DNA from: a virus
Taxonomy: Duplodnaviria; Caudoviricetes
IMG/VR virus record: IMGVR_UViG_3300043015_001357
Span: 1 to 59,150 of that record
Reading direction: 5' to 3' (one strand)
Length of the DNA stretch: 59,150 nt
A model generated the notes under the pieces. The model worked only from the letters and a program-made list of their open reading frames with translations, had not been told where the DNA came from and searched no databases. This document shows positions 47,088-56,694 of the stretch, piece by piece. The position numbers were made by a program, and so were the translations under genes. Every line of letters starts with the position of its first letter. The first letter of the stretch is position 1.

Positions 47088-48971
47088 CTACTTGATATTG
47101 TCCTTTATCAAATTGAATTTTACGTTTAAATCGATAATTTTACCTGAGTCTTTTGACTTGACTCTTATCTTAAACTTCTTCCCCCATACTTTATCAGTCG
47201 CAGTACCCAATGATATGTCGTTGATTTTCTTTCTGAAAGATGGTAATTCTTGAACCATTTCATTCTGATCATCAAAGATATCTTGTTGGAATGCTGGCCT
47301 TATTTGCAATAGGTTCTTAAAATTTTTGTCTAAATACACTTTGTCGGTGTCTAACTCAATCTTCTTGAAATTAACCTTTGATTTTGATGCATCTTTTATT
47401 AGCTCAACCTCATAAACGGGCGTAGGATTAGACGGAGTGCCTATCATATTTACAGCGCGGAACATATAATAGTATTTTTTATTTGGCAAAACGTTATCTT
47501 TGAAAACAACAGAGGTCGATGAGTGTCTATTTCTCACGTCCAATATCTTTGCGTTCTCAAATGAAAGATAACTATCTGGTCTTTCGGAAAGTCTAAACAC
47601 TTCGAACTTACCGTCCTCTTTTGAGTATTCAAATGAAACCTTACCTTCTTCATCTGTAACCACGCCTTCCATCATCGTTGAATCACTCGGTGTTATGTTT
47701 ACGAACTGCTCTTTCATTGATGAGTTTTTGAGGTCAAGATATATTTTGATGAAGTTCATTGAGTTAGATTCGTTTTGAAACGATACAAATGGCGGCATTT
47801 GGATCTTTGGTGTAACCTTTAGCAATATTTCATCAAAGTCCAAAATAGCCATGCGATATGATGGAGAACGAACAAATTTGATAGAAACTTGATTGCCTCG
47901 CTCTTCTTTTATATCTTCAATCCTTGTTGTTGTACCATAGATAATAGTATAGGCCGTGAAGAGATAACGATATGTTGAGTCAAGCTTGATTTGAGTGTCG
48001 ATATATTCCTTAAAACTCTCATCGTATGCCCAGAATGTTTGGGTTGGAAATGAGTCTGTGTCTTTGAACTTTTGTATCTTGTATATAATATATTCTTTCT
48101 CACATGGTTGGTTGTTGTATATCTCGGAGAACCTCTTTGTGAAGTGAAACATTTTGTTGTTAAGGTAGTTTATCAACAGATACTTCTTGAAATTGTTTGC
48201 AATATAGTTTGAGTTTTGCTTTGATGTTGCGAGAATAAGCTTATCTGATTCATCAAGTGTAAAGTCGCTATTCTGCACGATATCTAATAGGTCATAAGTT
48301 GATATTTGAGTTTCTTCGCCATTGACCTGAAGTGTTGTTGCAATTGCATTGGAAGGATTGATCAGGCTCCCAAACATTTCTTCTTGAAACTTATATTTCT
48401 TAAGCATGCTTCCAACGAAGTCATTGTTCTCCAAACAAACATATTGAAGCCTGTTGTGATAAGGGAACTCGTTTAGAAACTTTTTTGAGCGAGATTGGCG
48501 AAAGTCTGTTCCGAAAAATATATTTTGAAACTTATTGGTTTGTGGTGTTGATCTTGGAAGAAGCGTTTGTTGGAGATTCAAGATATTCATGATGTGATTC
48601 TTGTTCATGTTCTTGGTCTCAATAGCTTTTAAGTCTTCGTATTTTTCATTTTGAACGTTTGTGTTCTCTAAATAATGTAATGGTAGCTCAAGCTCAGCAT
48701 TGTTTGCTATCATATTTTCATATTGATTGGAGATATAGTTATACTCATTAATAACAGCAGGGTCAACCTGAACTACGGAGTCATGGTATAAACCAGAGCC
48801 GTAACCATTGAGAAGAGACAAGAGTTCGTTCTTTTGTCCAAATGTTCTCGGAGAAAATATAACTTTCTCGGAGTTACCCTGATCGTCGCCAACAGAAAAT
48901 GATATTTGGTTCTTCTTAAGGTACGCAAACAAAGAGTTGAGTTGAGAGTTTTTGATTTGAAATTTTGACAT
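47088..48971 (-). CDS. Hypothetical (probable structural) protein
   Basis: 627 aa; FN3-like strands (FKDNVLPNKKYYYMFRAVN). Confidence 0.7.
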   Translation of the reverse strand: MSKFQIKNSQLNSLFAYLKKNQISFSVGDDQGNSEKVIFSPRTFGQKNELLSLLNGYGSGLYHDSVVQVDPAVINEYNYISNQYENMIANNAELELPLHYLENTNVQNEKYEDLKAIETKNMNKNHIMNILNLQQTLLPRSTPQTNKFQNIFFGTDFRQSRSKKFLNEFPYHNRLQYVCLENNDFVGSMLKKYKFQEEMFGSLINPSNAIATTLQVNGEETQISTYDLLDIVQNSDFTLDESDKLILATSKQNSNYIANNFKKYLLINYLNNKMFHFTKRFSEIYNNQPCEKEYIIYKIQKFKDTDSFPTQTFWAYDESFKEYIDTQIKLDSTYRYLFTAYTIIYGTTTRIEDIKEERGNQVSIKFVRSPSYRMAILDFDEILLKVTPKIQMPPFVSFQNESNSMNFIKIYLDLKNSSMKEQFVNITPSDSTMMEGVVTDEEGKVSFEYSKEDGKFEVFRLSERPDSYLSFENAKILDVRNRHSSTSVVFKDNVLPNKKYYYMFRAVNMIGTPSNPTPVYEVELIKDASKSKVNFKKIELDTDKVYLDKNFKNLLQIRPAFQQDIFDDQNEMVQELPSFRKKINDISLGTATDKVWGKKFKIRVKSKDSGKIIDLNVKFNLIKDNIK

Positions 48972-51781
48972 TAGTAGCTTCCAAACAGATTTACATTGGT
49001 GCTTACAATTGGAACAGTAGATGTTTGTTCGGTGTCGTCATTAGTTTGAACTATTTCAACAGTAACCGGTTGGTTTGTTTGAACTACTATCTCAGATCTC
49101 ATTGTAATATAATCTAAATCTTGTATATTATAATTAGGTTGTCTTTGATTAGTTGCTCTATCTGGAACACCTGTCACATCTCTGTCCGTCAATACAAATA
49201 CAGAGTCCAAAACGCTAGTTGAACTTTCATCTGTAATATTGAACTTATTATTAGTGTAGGCTTGCAGAAAACAAAGCACTGGCTTATCCAATACACTGAA
49301 GTTATTGAGAGACATAAGTTTGTAAACTGGCTTATTCAACATGATGTTATTATTGGTATCTCGCATAAACCCATCAATATAAGCGACTTGTTGGACGGAG
49401 AAGTTATTGACTTCATAATAGTTCTTGGTTGTTGGAGCAGCAAGCAAGTCTCCGGCTGATGATACATAGTTGTTTCTTGTAGCCGATGTTGTGCCGCCTA
49501 TAACTGCTTTGAGTTGATTAGGTAGGGCTGTCGCTTCTGCTGCCGACAATAACTTTGTGTTATCTAACGTTACATCAAATGTTCGATTGTTTGTATAACC
49601 ACTCATTGAGTTATCAACCTTAACACCAGAATTGGTTTGTTTATCTACAACATTGTAAGAGTCTTTCATCTCACTGTAGGTCACAAATTCATGACTTGAG
49701 CCGATGATTTTAGAAGCATCGATAAATGGCTCTTCTCCTTCTGTTGTTGGTTCTTGTGTAGGAACCGATGGGGATTGAGTTGTGATGCCTCCTGAGTTAT
49801 TATTAACTTCTGTTTTCTTTGCACTTTTGATAAGCAAATTTACTTGGCCAAATGGGATAGTCTTATCAAGGCCCATATTTATTGTGATTGAACCCATTTT
49901 TCCAATCATAGGAGCAAGAAATGCTGGACTGAATGTTGAAATATTTCTGAGACCTGCGAGTACATCTTGTGATAGGTCTGGGCTGTCGATGTTTGGCTCT
50001 GAAATATAATTTGAATTAGTCTCTTGTTGAACGCGTTCTTGATATTCTCTTTTAGAAAGCATTCTCATTGAATCCATTTTACCTTCACCCATATATCCAA
50101 AGCCATATTTATTACGAGAAGGTTTGACTATCTTATCAAAAGTCTTATCAACAATAACTCTCGCTGTTGCTGAATCTTTCGATTTAACAGATACAGGAAG
50201 ATTGCGCCTCATAGGCACTTCTGGATCATAGTCTAAGAAAGCCATAAACTCTGAGTATAGTTCTTTGTATTCTTTTTCAAACTTCTTTGTTGACTCTAAT
50301 GTAGCCGTTGTCGGATTCATGAGATTGAGTTTCTTGGAGATCATATTTCTCTTTTCTCTCTCTGTTATTTCATATACATAAGAATAGTTGTCAACATATG
50401 ACTCAACTAACCTCTGATAATCAACATTGGCCAAAGTTAAATTTCTCATTCGGGAAGCATATCCGACATATCTCTTAACTTGAGACAAGTCCTCTTTCAT
50501 TATTCTTGTGGCTTGACGCAAAAAGATATCGATGGGATCTATGAAACTGATGTTTGTTCTATATTGATACTCACCGGGAGTCTTGTCAGTCATCTCATAG
50601 TCGTTGAATTGGAACGTTCTTATCTCCTCTCCATAGTCGAAGAATAACTCGGTTATTTTTGAGACTCTCTTATAGTCAGCCAATTGCTCTTTGAATATCT
50701 CGCTTGTTTTTCTATTTGGTTCTGCGGAGTTTGAACGAAGTTCACTTTCAACAACATCAAAAGTACCGCGTCTTTCAAGTCTTGTCATGTTTCTCAAAAC
50801 ACCATTCTGATCATATGACTTGCATATCATCTTCTTGGAATATACTCTCTGTGCTTTCATTGATGCACTACGTAGAGTGCCTGACTGTTTGTGCGTTTTG
50901 ATTCTCATTCTCTCAATGGTCATGAGTTTTATAGTAAAGTCTCGCAAGATTTGAGATACAACTGCACTTGATGCTCTTTCCAAGAATGAACCATATTTGG
51001 TTTTCTGCTTGAGAACAGACTTGACGTTAAGCATAAACAAAGCATTAACATCTGTATTTGAATTATAAGAAACTTGAAGGTCGCTTAGAATATTGGAGGC
51101 CTCTGTGGACTTCTTTTCTTGGTTGCGTCTTACATCTCTCATATCTTTGAGTTTTGTGTTTTTGATAATGATTCTTCTCACATACTCATGAGCAACATCT
51201 TTATGATATGAACCAATCATATATCTTCCGTCTTCTGCTTGATGAATAGGGCCGGACCAATACTCTCCATTATCCCTTGCAAAGACATAAGTGTTATCAA
51301 CCAATTTGGAGCCGTTGAATATTCTTTCGGCCTTGATGGGCCCTAAGTAACTCTTTGGCACCATGATACCGAGATTCTCCAATATCTGCTCTTTGCTGAT
51401 ATGACAGAAAGCATAAACGTTTAGATGGTTTGGGTTTTTCTTTATGACATGAGAAAACGTATATTGATATACAAGATTGCCTTCTGTCTTCATCGGTTTC
51501 TTGATACTTTTACTTTGGATGTTCTTGAGTGTTGTTATGTCAATAGTCCCATTGTTTATCTGGTTACTCTGGTTTGTATCTTCTGAGAACAACACTGATA
51601 TCTTAATAAACTGAGCCAAGAACTCTGATGTATCTGACCATATCGAACCATCTTGCAAGTCATGAACGCAAACGGTTGTTCGAACTTCCATTTCAGTATC
51701 AGAATATTCATAGAGAGCAACCTCTTTGATATATGCATTTGGTAAATTCTCAAACCCAACAAGCTCTATAGACATTAGCAA
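48971..51781 (-). CDS. Large hypothetical (probable structural) protein
   Basis: 936 aa ORF coupled to its neighbours in the baseplate block. Confidence 0.7.
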   Translation of the reverse strand: MLMSIELVGFENLPNAYIKEVALYEYSDTEMEVRTTVCVHDLQDGSIWSDTSEFLAQFIKISVLFSEDTNQSNQINNGTIDITTLKNIQSKSIKKPMKTEGNLVYQYTFSHVIKKNPNHLNVYAFCHISKEQILENLGIMVPKSYLGPIKAERIFNGSKLVDNTYVFARDNGEYWSGPIHQAEDGRYMIGSYHKDVAHEYVRRIIIKNTKLKDMRDVRRNQEKKSTEASNILSDLQVSYNSNTDVNALFMLNVKSVLKQKTKYGSFLERASSAVVSQILRDFTIKLMTIERMRIKTHKQSGTLRSASMKAQRVYSKKMICKSYDQNGVLRNMTRLERRGTFDVVESELRSNSAEPNRKTSEIFKEQLADYKRVSKITELFFDYGEEIRTFQFNDYEMTDKTPGEYQYRTNISFIDPIDIFLRQATRIMKEDLSQVKRYVGYASRMRNLTLANVDYQRLVESYVDNYSYVYEITEREKRNMISKKLNLMNPTTATLESTKKFEKEYKELYSEFMAFLDYDPEVPMRRNLPVSVKSKDSATARVIVDKTFDKIVKPSRNKYGFGYMGEGKMDSMRMLSKREYQERVQQETNSNYISEPNIDSPDLSQDVLAGLRNISTFSPAFLAPMIGKMGSITINMGLDKTIPFGQVNLLIKSAKKTEVNNNSGGITTQSPSVPTQEPTTEGEEPFIDASKIIGSSHEFVTYSEMKDSYNVVDKQTNSGVKVDNSMSGYTNNRTFDVTLDNTKLLSAAEATALPNQLKAVIGGTTSATRNNYVSSAGDLLAAPTTKNYYEVNNFSVQQVAYIDGFMRDTNNNIMLNKPVYKLMSLNNFSVLDKPVLCFLQAYTNNKFNITDESSTSVLDSVFVLTDRDVTGVPDRATNQRQPNYNIQDLDYITMRSEIVVQTNQPVTVEIVQTNDDTEQTSTVPIVSTNVNLFGSY

Positions 51782-52707
51782 TCCTCCAAATCTTCGTTTC
51801 TAACTCTTGTGCCGTAGATATTTACATCCATATCGTCACGGTCTGGACATTCAACTTCAATGTCTAAGAAAATATCTTTTGCTTTCAACCTTCTCAACCC
51901 CTTGCATATGTCCTCTTCGGGAATCTCTTTATCTACGCTAATATCTAAATAGTATTCCACAAACTCATTTGTTATCTCTTCATCTGTCTGGTTCACATCA
52001 TCAACCAACATATTGTTTTTGATTTGCATATCTTGCTCAAAGAATTTGAGCTTTCTATCGATCTTCGTTTCATCTTGTTCATATAGGTAGACTTCAATCT
52101 CGTAAGAGTCTTTGTGGAAGAAACCATTACGCTCAAATATGTTAAGCAATATCTGTTCTGGGACAATATCAACAAATGAGCCATCTGGCTTAACAAGTGT
52201 TGGGAGTTGTCTGTTGAACATGAGACCTTGGTTTGCTATTTCAAGATTTGCTGCATTTCCTGCTGACATTGTGTAGTTGAGTTCCATCTCAAGTTGTGGT
52301 ATCGGCTGGGTTGCGATATCTGAACCTGATAAAGCATTTTGTGAAGATTCTATCTCGCCCAATAGCGCTGTGACATTCCATCCTGATGCTCTTGATTCTG
52401 CTGTGTTATTAGAGCCAATCTTTTGCTGTAAAAACGTTGCTTGTTCTGCTTTGGTACTCATATCACTCTTTGATGAATCAACGCCCTTGTAGTTCGTCTG
52501 AGGCTTCATATATGGTGTTTCTGAGAGTATTCTCTGTTTACTTTGAGAGTTGTTCTCTGATACGCCACCCTGAGATGCATCATAAAGAATATCATCGTCA
52601 AGAAAAGCATAATATGAAGGCATAAGTTTGCCTTGAGCTAACAACTTCCTTCCGTGAGGTGTTAGCTCAATTTTTAAAACGTCTTCTTTCTTATTAAAAA
52701 ATGTCAT
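51775..52707 (-). CDS. Baseplate/tail structural protein, related to 46136-47053
   Basis: DVLKIELTPHGRKLLAQG-YYAFLDDDILYD. Confidence 0.7.
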   Translation of the reverse strand: MTFFNKKEDVLKIELTPHGRKLLAQGKLMPSYYAFLDDDILYDASQGGVSENNSQSKQRILSETPYMKPQTNYKGVDSSKSDMSTKAEQATFLQQKIGSNNTAESRASGWNVTALLGEIESSQNALSGSDIATQPIPQLEMELNYTMSAGNAANLEIANQGLMFNRQLPTLVKPDGSFVDIVPEQILLNIFERNGFFHKDSYEIEVYLYEQDETKIDRKLKFFEQDMQIKNNMLVDDVNQTDEEITNEFVEYYLDISVDKEIPEEDICKGLRRLKAKDIFLDIEVECPDRDDMDVNIYGTRVRNEDLEDC

Positions 52708-52718
52708 ATTATGTTACC

Positions 52719-55700
52719 TTATGTTTCCGTTGAGCCATCATTATTTATGTCTGTTGGGTCATAACCACCATCTTCGGGATCTCTTTTACCATCACCATCA
52801 TAATCTGAATTGGTCATTCTCTTGGTCATTCTACCGCCGCTTGTTGTTCGACCCAAATATTCACCAGTTCCGAGAGCATATTCAGATTTCAATCTTGCTC
52901 TTTCTTCGGCTTCTTCCGGAGTTCTTCCGAACTCGTCTAGAGTAGCTAAATATTCTTCTGTTTTTTGTTGTATTCTGGCTTGTCTTTCTGCTGCTCTGTT
53001 CTGTCTAGTTCTTATTCTAGCGGCCTCGTCAATACCTACTTTATTCGCAGCATCTATAGAAGTTCCTTCACCGAAGAACTTCGTGCCATATTTAGGAACA
53101 ATAGTCTCACGAGGTTCTTGTCCGGACTTAACCAGTCTCTCCGAGAATGTAACTTCGGCTTCAACCTTGGCCAATTCAACCAAAGAAAAGAAGTCGTAAG
53201 GCCAATTATAAGATATTTTGGGAGCATTTTCTTCAAAGATATCTATATTTTGTCTTCCGATGATTCTTTTGTTGTAATTTATTGCCGCTCTTTGCTTAAC
53301 TTTAAAAACCATCCAGCGAACTTTATTCGGTATTTCGTTACCCACAGCGTTCACATCAAGTGTACCTTGCGGGTTTAGTTTTGCACCGCCACCCAGTAGT
53401 TCATGTGCCAATAGTTCATGAGATACTGTTGATTCTGCTGTTTCAAACGTTTGACCAATCTCAGGATATAGGTTTTGCCATATGTTTGCAAGGTCTTGCT
53501 TCTTAAGGGTGTGCGAGAACTCAAAAATATACATTGCGAATGGATCAATATTAGTGTTGTTGATAAAGTCCATAGGTGGAGGAAACACATAGTTTTGCAT
53601 TTTTGAGATCATTTTGAGAACTGAGTCGCCCACTAATGCTCGGCTAACTGAAGTTCCGAATGCTCTTTCTATGTCAACACGAGGTATTCGAAAGAATTTT
53701 CTTTGCCCTTCTTCTTCGATAAATGGTACCGCAACAACTGCTTCGCTTATCTTTTTCTCATCTGCTATCTCTCCGAGACGCTTTGCTTCTGTTGAAAAAC
53801 CACAAAGATCTGCTAAAGACTCAAAATCAGCAGGATCTTCTTCTAGGACATTTGTAATCCATGCATCTGGTACATCTGTGACTTGTAAAAAGACACCCTT
53901 TGTTGGATCTTCTTCAATAAGCCCGTATTGATGCCACATTCCACGAGGTACAGACTGAGAAGCATTATTTGGAAGCGTGATACTATCTGATGCTGAAAGG
54001 TGATTGAAATTTAACATTGGTGTTTCAAACTTGGTCTGGATAACCCAACGAGAAGGATTATCGCTAGCATCTTGCACCACTTGACCGCCTTCTGCTATTT
54101 GCTCTTCGGTGTAGTCTAATTGAGAAAACAAATTTACACTTGAACCTACATGCATTGCGTTGTCTTTTATATACACCCTCTTAGAAGCTTCGTCAAAACT
54201 TGTATCTGCGGAAGAATAACGATGATATGTTACAGAAGCTTGTTGTATTATTTCATTGATTGAATATTTTTTTGTTTGAGATGGAGTAAAAGATATGTCT
54301 GCCCACGCTTCACCATAATAATATGGAGGAGTAAAAGGATAATTTTCTCCCTGATCTGCCAAAGGAACGTCATAGGTCAATAAACCTTCTGCTCCTGTTA
54401 AATATTGAGGAGGACCAAACGCTGTTGGTCTTGAGTACATTGTAAATGTTTCACGCGATGAGGAAGGGTATTGTGGGGGTGTATAAAAGCCACCTGAAGA
54501 AGATACAAATGGTAATGTTGCTTCATCTTTGCTTTTATACATCTTAACACGCATTGTATAAGTTTTGCCATTTTCAGCAAGACCAGTGTTTGGGTCACTT
54601 GATGGTCGTGAAGAAATAGATGTAAAAGTTTTTTTCTCCATGAAAAAATCAGCAACCTCTGCTAAAAAGTTGTTAGACATAAGTTTATATCTGTTGTTTC
54701 CTTCACCTGTCCAATTAATAGAGCCAGAATTATTCGCATATAGATGTGGTTCATTACAATATACTTCAAAGCCTGCAAGATGTTTTTCTGGTTCAATCAA
54801 TGCTTCAAAGGGAATTCTTTTATTAAATGTTGGCACAGTGGATGGAGTAGCAATAATATAATAATCATCACCGGATGACGTTACATTCGTTGGGATATCT
54901 AAACTGGAAGTTATAATAGGATAATCAACAGCAACGCCGGACTTTATTGTATTGAAGAAAATACCGGGAGCAAACGTTGGAACCATAAGGTTTTGAAATA
55001 AATATGGAGAAGCAGAAGAAGTACCATAAGCATTTGAGGCTCCAGATATTGCTGTGAAGTCTTTATAAGAATTATAAAACTGTTTTGCTAAATCAACAGA
55101 ACGTTGAGCAGGATAAAAACCTTCGTATGGAAGAAACTTTTTTATAGCCTTACACTTAAGAGAAATCGAACTTGCTGGTACAAACTCTTTGTGGTCTTCT
55201 TTTATAACTTCAAAATGCTTCATAAATTCGCTTGTTGAATATATTTGGTAGAAATTATCTTTTGATGAGTCTGTTATATCAGATAGAGCACCTGTAAGTG
55301 AAAATAAATTCTCCACATCTTCGGTTAAACCTTTTTGTTGATAAGTCTCAATATGTTCACTAATTCTAAACTCCGGAATGATTGAGTATTCTTTTCCGGC
55401 TTGCTTTGCACCTTGAATATATTTATCGTATGAGTCATAGAATGGGTTAAGACCAGATTGAGAACCGGCTTCCCACTTGGCTTCGCCGCCTGGGTTGTGA
55501 TAAAGAGGCATATCTCCCATAGTTGTACCGGTATTAATACCCTCAATATTCATACCATTAGGAGAGACAACAGAAGATGATGGACCTAGTGTGTGCTTTC
55601 TATTATATAAAGGACTAACTCCTACCAATGTATCCAGAACACCAAAGTCTAATGAAGCAGATAATGAAAAATGCCCAAAACAATAAGGGTTTTGTAATAT

Positions 55701-56693
55701 TCCATAGTCTCCGAGCGGCAAAAGCGTTGCTACTGGGAACCCATAAAACGAATTCCATCTCACGTTATCTGCAGATGTATTTAGGGCTTGTGTCTCCCAT
55801 GTGGAATATGCATCCATAGGCCAGACACTTTGTTTAAAATCACTGCTACGATCTACAAAACCATTGTTTCTTAAAGTCTCAGTTCTATCCTCTCTCTCAT
55901 CTCGCCATGGAAAAGAAAATGTTGTTCTTTGTCTCACATAATTCTTGTATTGATGAACACGAGAAGGATAAACACATTCGCCATACTTGAAAAATTCAAA
56001 TGAGTCAAGCGGGGAGCCGTCTTTGTCAAGTCCACCATTGAGATAGAAATCTTTAACGGTCTCATATTGACGAGACCTCAAGTGTCTTAAATTGTAATAT
56101 TTGTTTATTTCTTCATTGTTGAAGAATAGGGTTTCGTTACCATAAGAGCCAACAATCTCAAAACGCTCGGCTGTCCCGTCATCAACAATAGTCGCGCCGC
56201 CAACAATAAATGGCTTGAATCGGGAAGATACAGGGTTCTCGGTATATTTTTGGATAGCACCGTACCTAGACCTCAAGGTATTGAGTCGACCGTTGTTATT
56301 GTATACAAACTCTTCGCCGGGCTCTTTCACAAATGTAAAAACATTCTCTTTACGTTGCTTGCGAGACAATGGGTTTTCGCTTATTCTTATCTGCTTCCAA
56401 GTTGGAAAACCGTATGGTCCGTTTCTTTTAAGCATAAGAGCAGGAAAGAAGGATGCGGTTGTTGGGAGGTCATGAGAGAAACGATAGTTCTTGTACCAAC
56501 TTATAGGACGAGAAATAAATGTTATATAATCATAAGAAACGAAGTTGCCTAAATGATTTAAACCAGCATAGATATCCACTGCGCTTGCAGGAGGACCGTA
56601 TAATTCTGAATCACCAGGGCCCTCTGAGCCTTCCCAGCCATTCATCTCATATATAAAAGTATTCAATCCAACAAAGTCTAAATAATGCGCCAT
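52719..56693 (-). CDS. Very large virion structural (baseplate-region) protein
   Basis: ATG at 56693 after GGAG; about 1324 aa; YNWPYDFFSLVEL near the C-terminus, then a charged tail. Confidence 0.75.
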   Translation of the reverse strand: MAHYLDFVGLNTFIYEMNGWEGSEGPGDSELYGPPASAVDIYAGLNHLGNFVSYDYITFISRPISWYKNYRFSHDLPTTASFFPALMLKRNGPYGFPTWKQIRISENPLSRKQRKENVFTFVKEPGEEFVYNNNGRLNTLRSRYGAIQKYTENPVSSRFKPFIVGGATIVDDGTAERFEIVGSYGNETLFFNNEEINKYYNLRHLRSRQYETVKDFYLNGGLDKDGSPLDSFEFFKYGECVYPSRVHQYKNYVRQRTTFSFPWRDEREDRTETLRNNGFVDRSSDFKQSVWPMDAYSTWETQALNTSADNVRWNSFYGFPVATLLPLGDYGILQNPYCFGHFSLSASLDFGVLDTLVGVSPLYNRKHTLGPSSSVVSPNGMNIEGINTGTTMGDMPLYHNPGGEAKWEAGSQSGLNPFYDSYDKYIQGAKQAGKEYSIIPEFRISEHIETYQQKGLTEDVENLFSLTGALSDITDSSKDNFYQIYSTSEFMKHFEVIKEDHKEFVPASSISLKCKAIKKFLPYEGFYPAQRSVDLAKQFYNSYKDFTAISGASNAYGTSSASPYLFQNLMVPTFAPGIFFNTIKSGVAVDYPIITSSLDIPTNVTSSGDDYYIIATPSTVPTFNKRIPFEALIEPEKHLAGFEVYCNEPHLYANNSGSINWTGEGNNRYKLMSNNFLAEVADFFMEKKTFTSISSRPSSDPNTGLAENGKTYTMRVKMYKSKDEATLPFVSSSGGFYTPPQYPSSSRETFTMYSRPTAFGPPQYLTGAEGLLTYDVPLADQGENYPFTPPYYYGEAWADISFTPSQTKKYSINEIIQQASVTYHRYSSADTSFDEASKRVYIKDNAMHVGSSVNLFSQLDYTEEQIAEGGQVVQDASDNPSRWVIQTKFETPMLNFNHLSASDSITLPNNASQSVPRGMWHQYGLIEEDPTKGVFLQVTDVPDAWITNVLEEDPADFESLADLCGFSTEAKRLGEIADEKKISEAVVAVPFIEEEGQRKFFRIPRVDIERAFGTSVSRALVGDSVLKMISKMQNYVFPPPMDFINNTNIDPFAMYIFEFSHTLKKQDLANIWQNLYPEIGQTFETAESTVSHELLAHELLGGGAKLNPQGTLDVNAVGNEIPNKVRWMVFKVKQRAAINYNKRIIGRQNIDIFEENAPKISYNWPYDFFSLVELAKVEAEVTFSERLVKSGQEPRETIVPKYGTKFFGEGTSIDAANKVGIDEAARIRTRQNRAAERQARIQQKTEEYLATLDEFGRTPEEAEERARLKSEYALGTGEYLGRTTSGGRMTKRMTNSDYDGDGKRDPEDGGYDPTDINNDGSTET

Positions 56694-56694
56694 T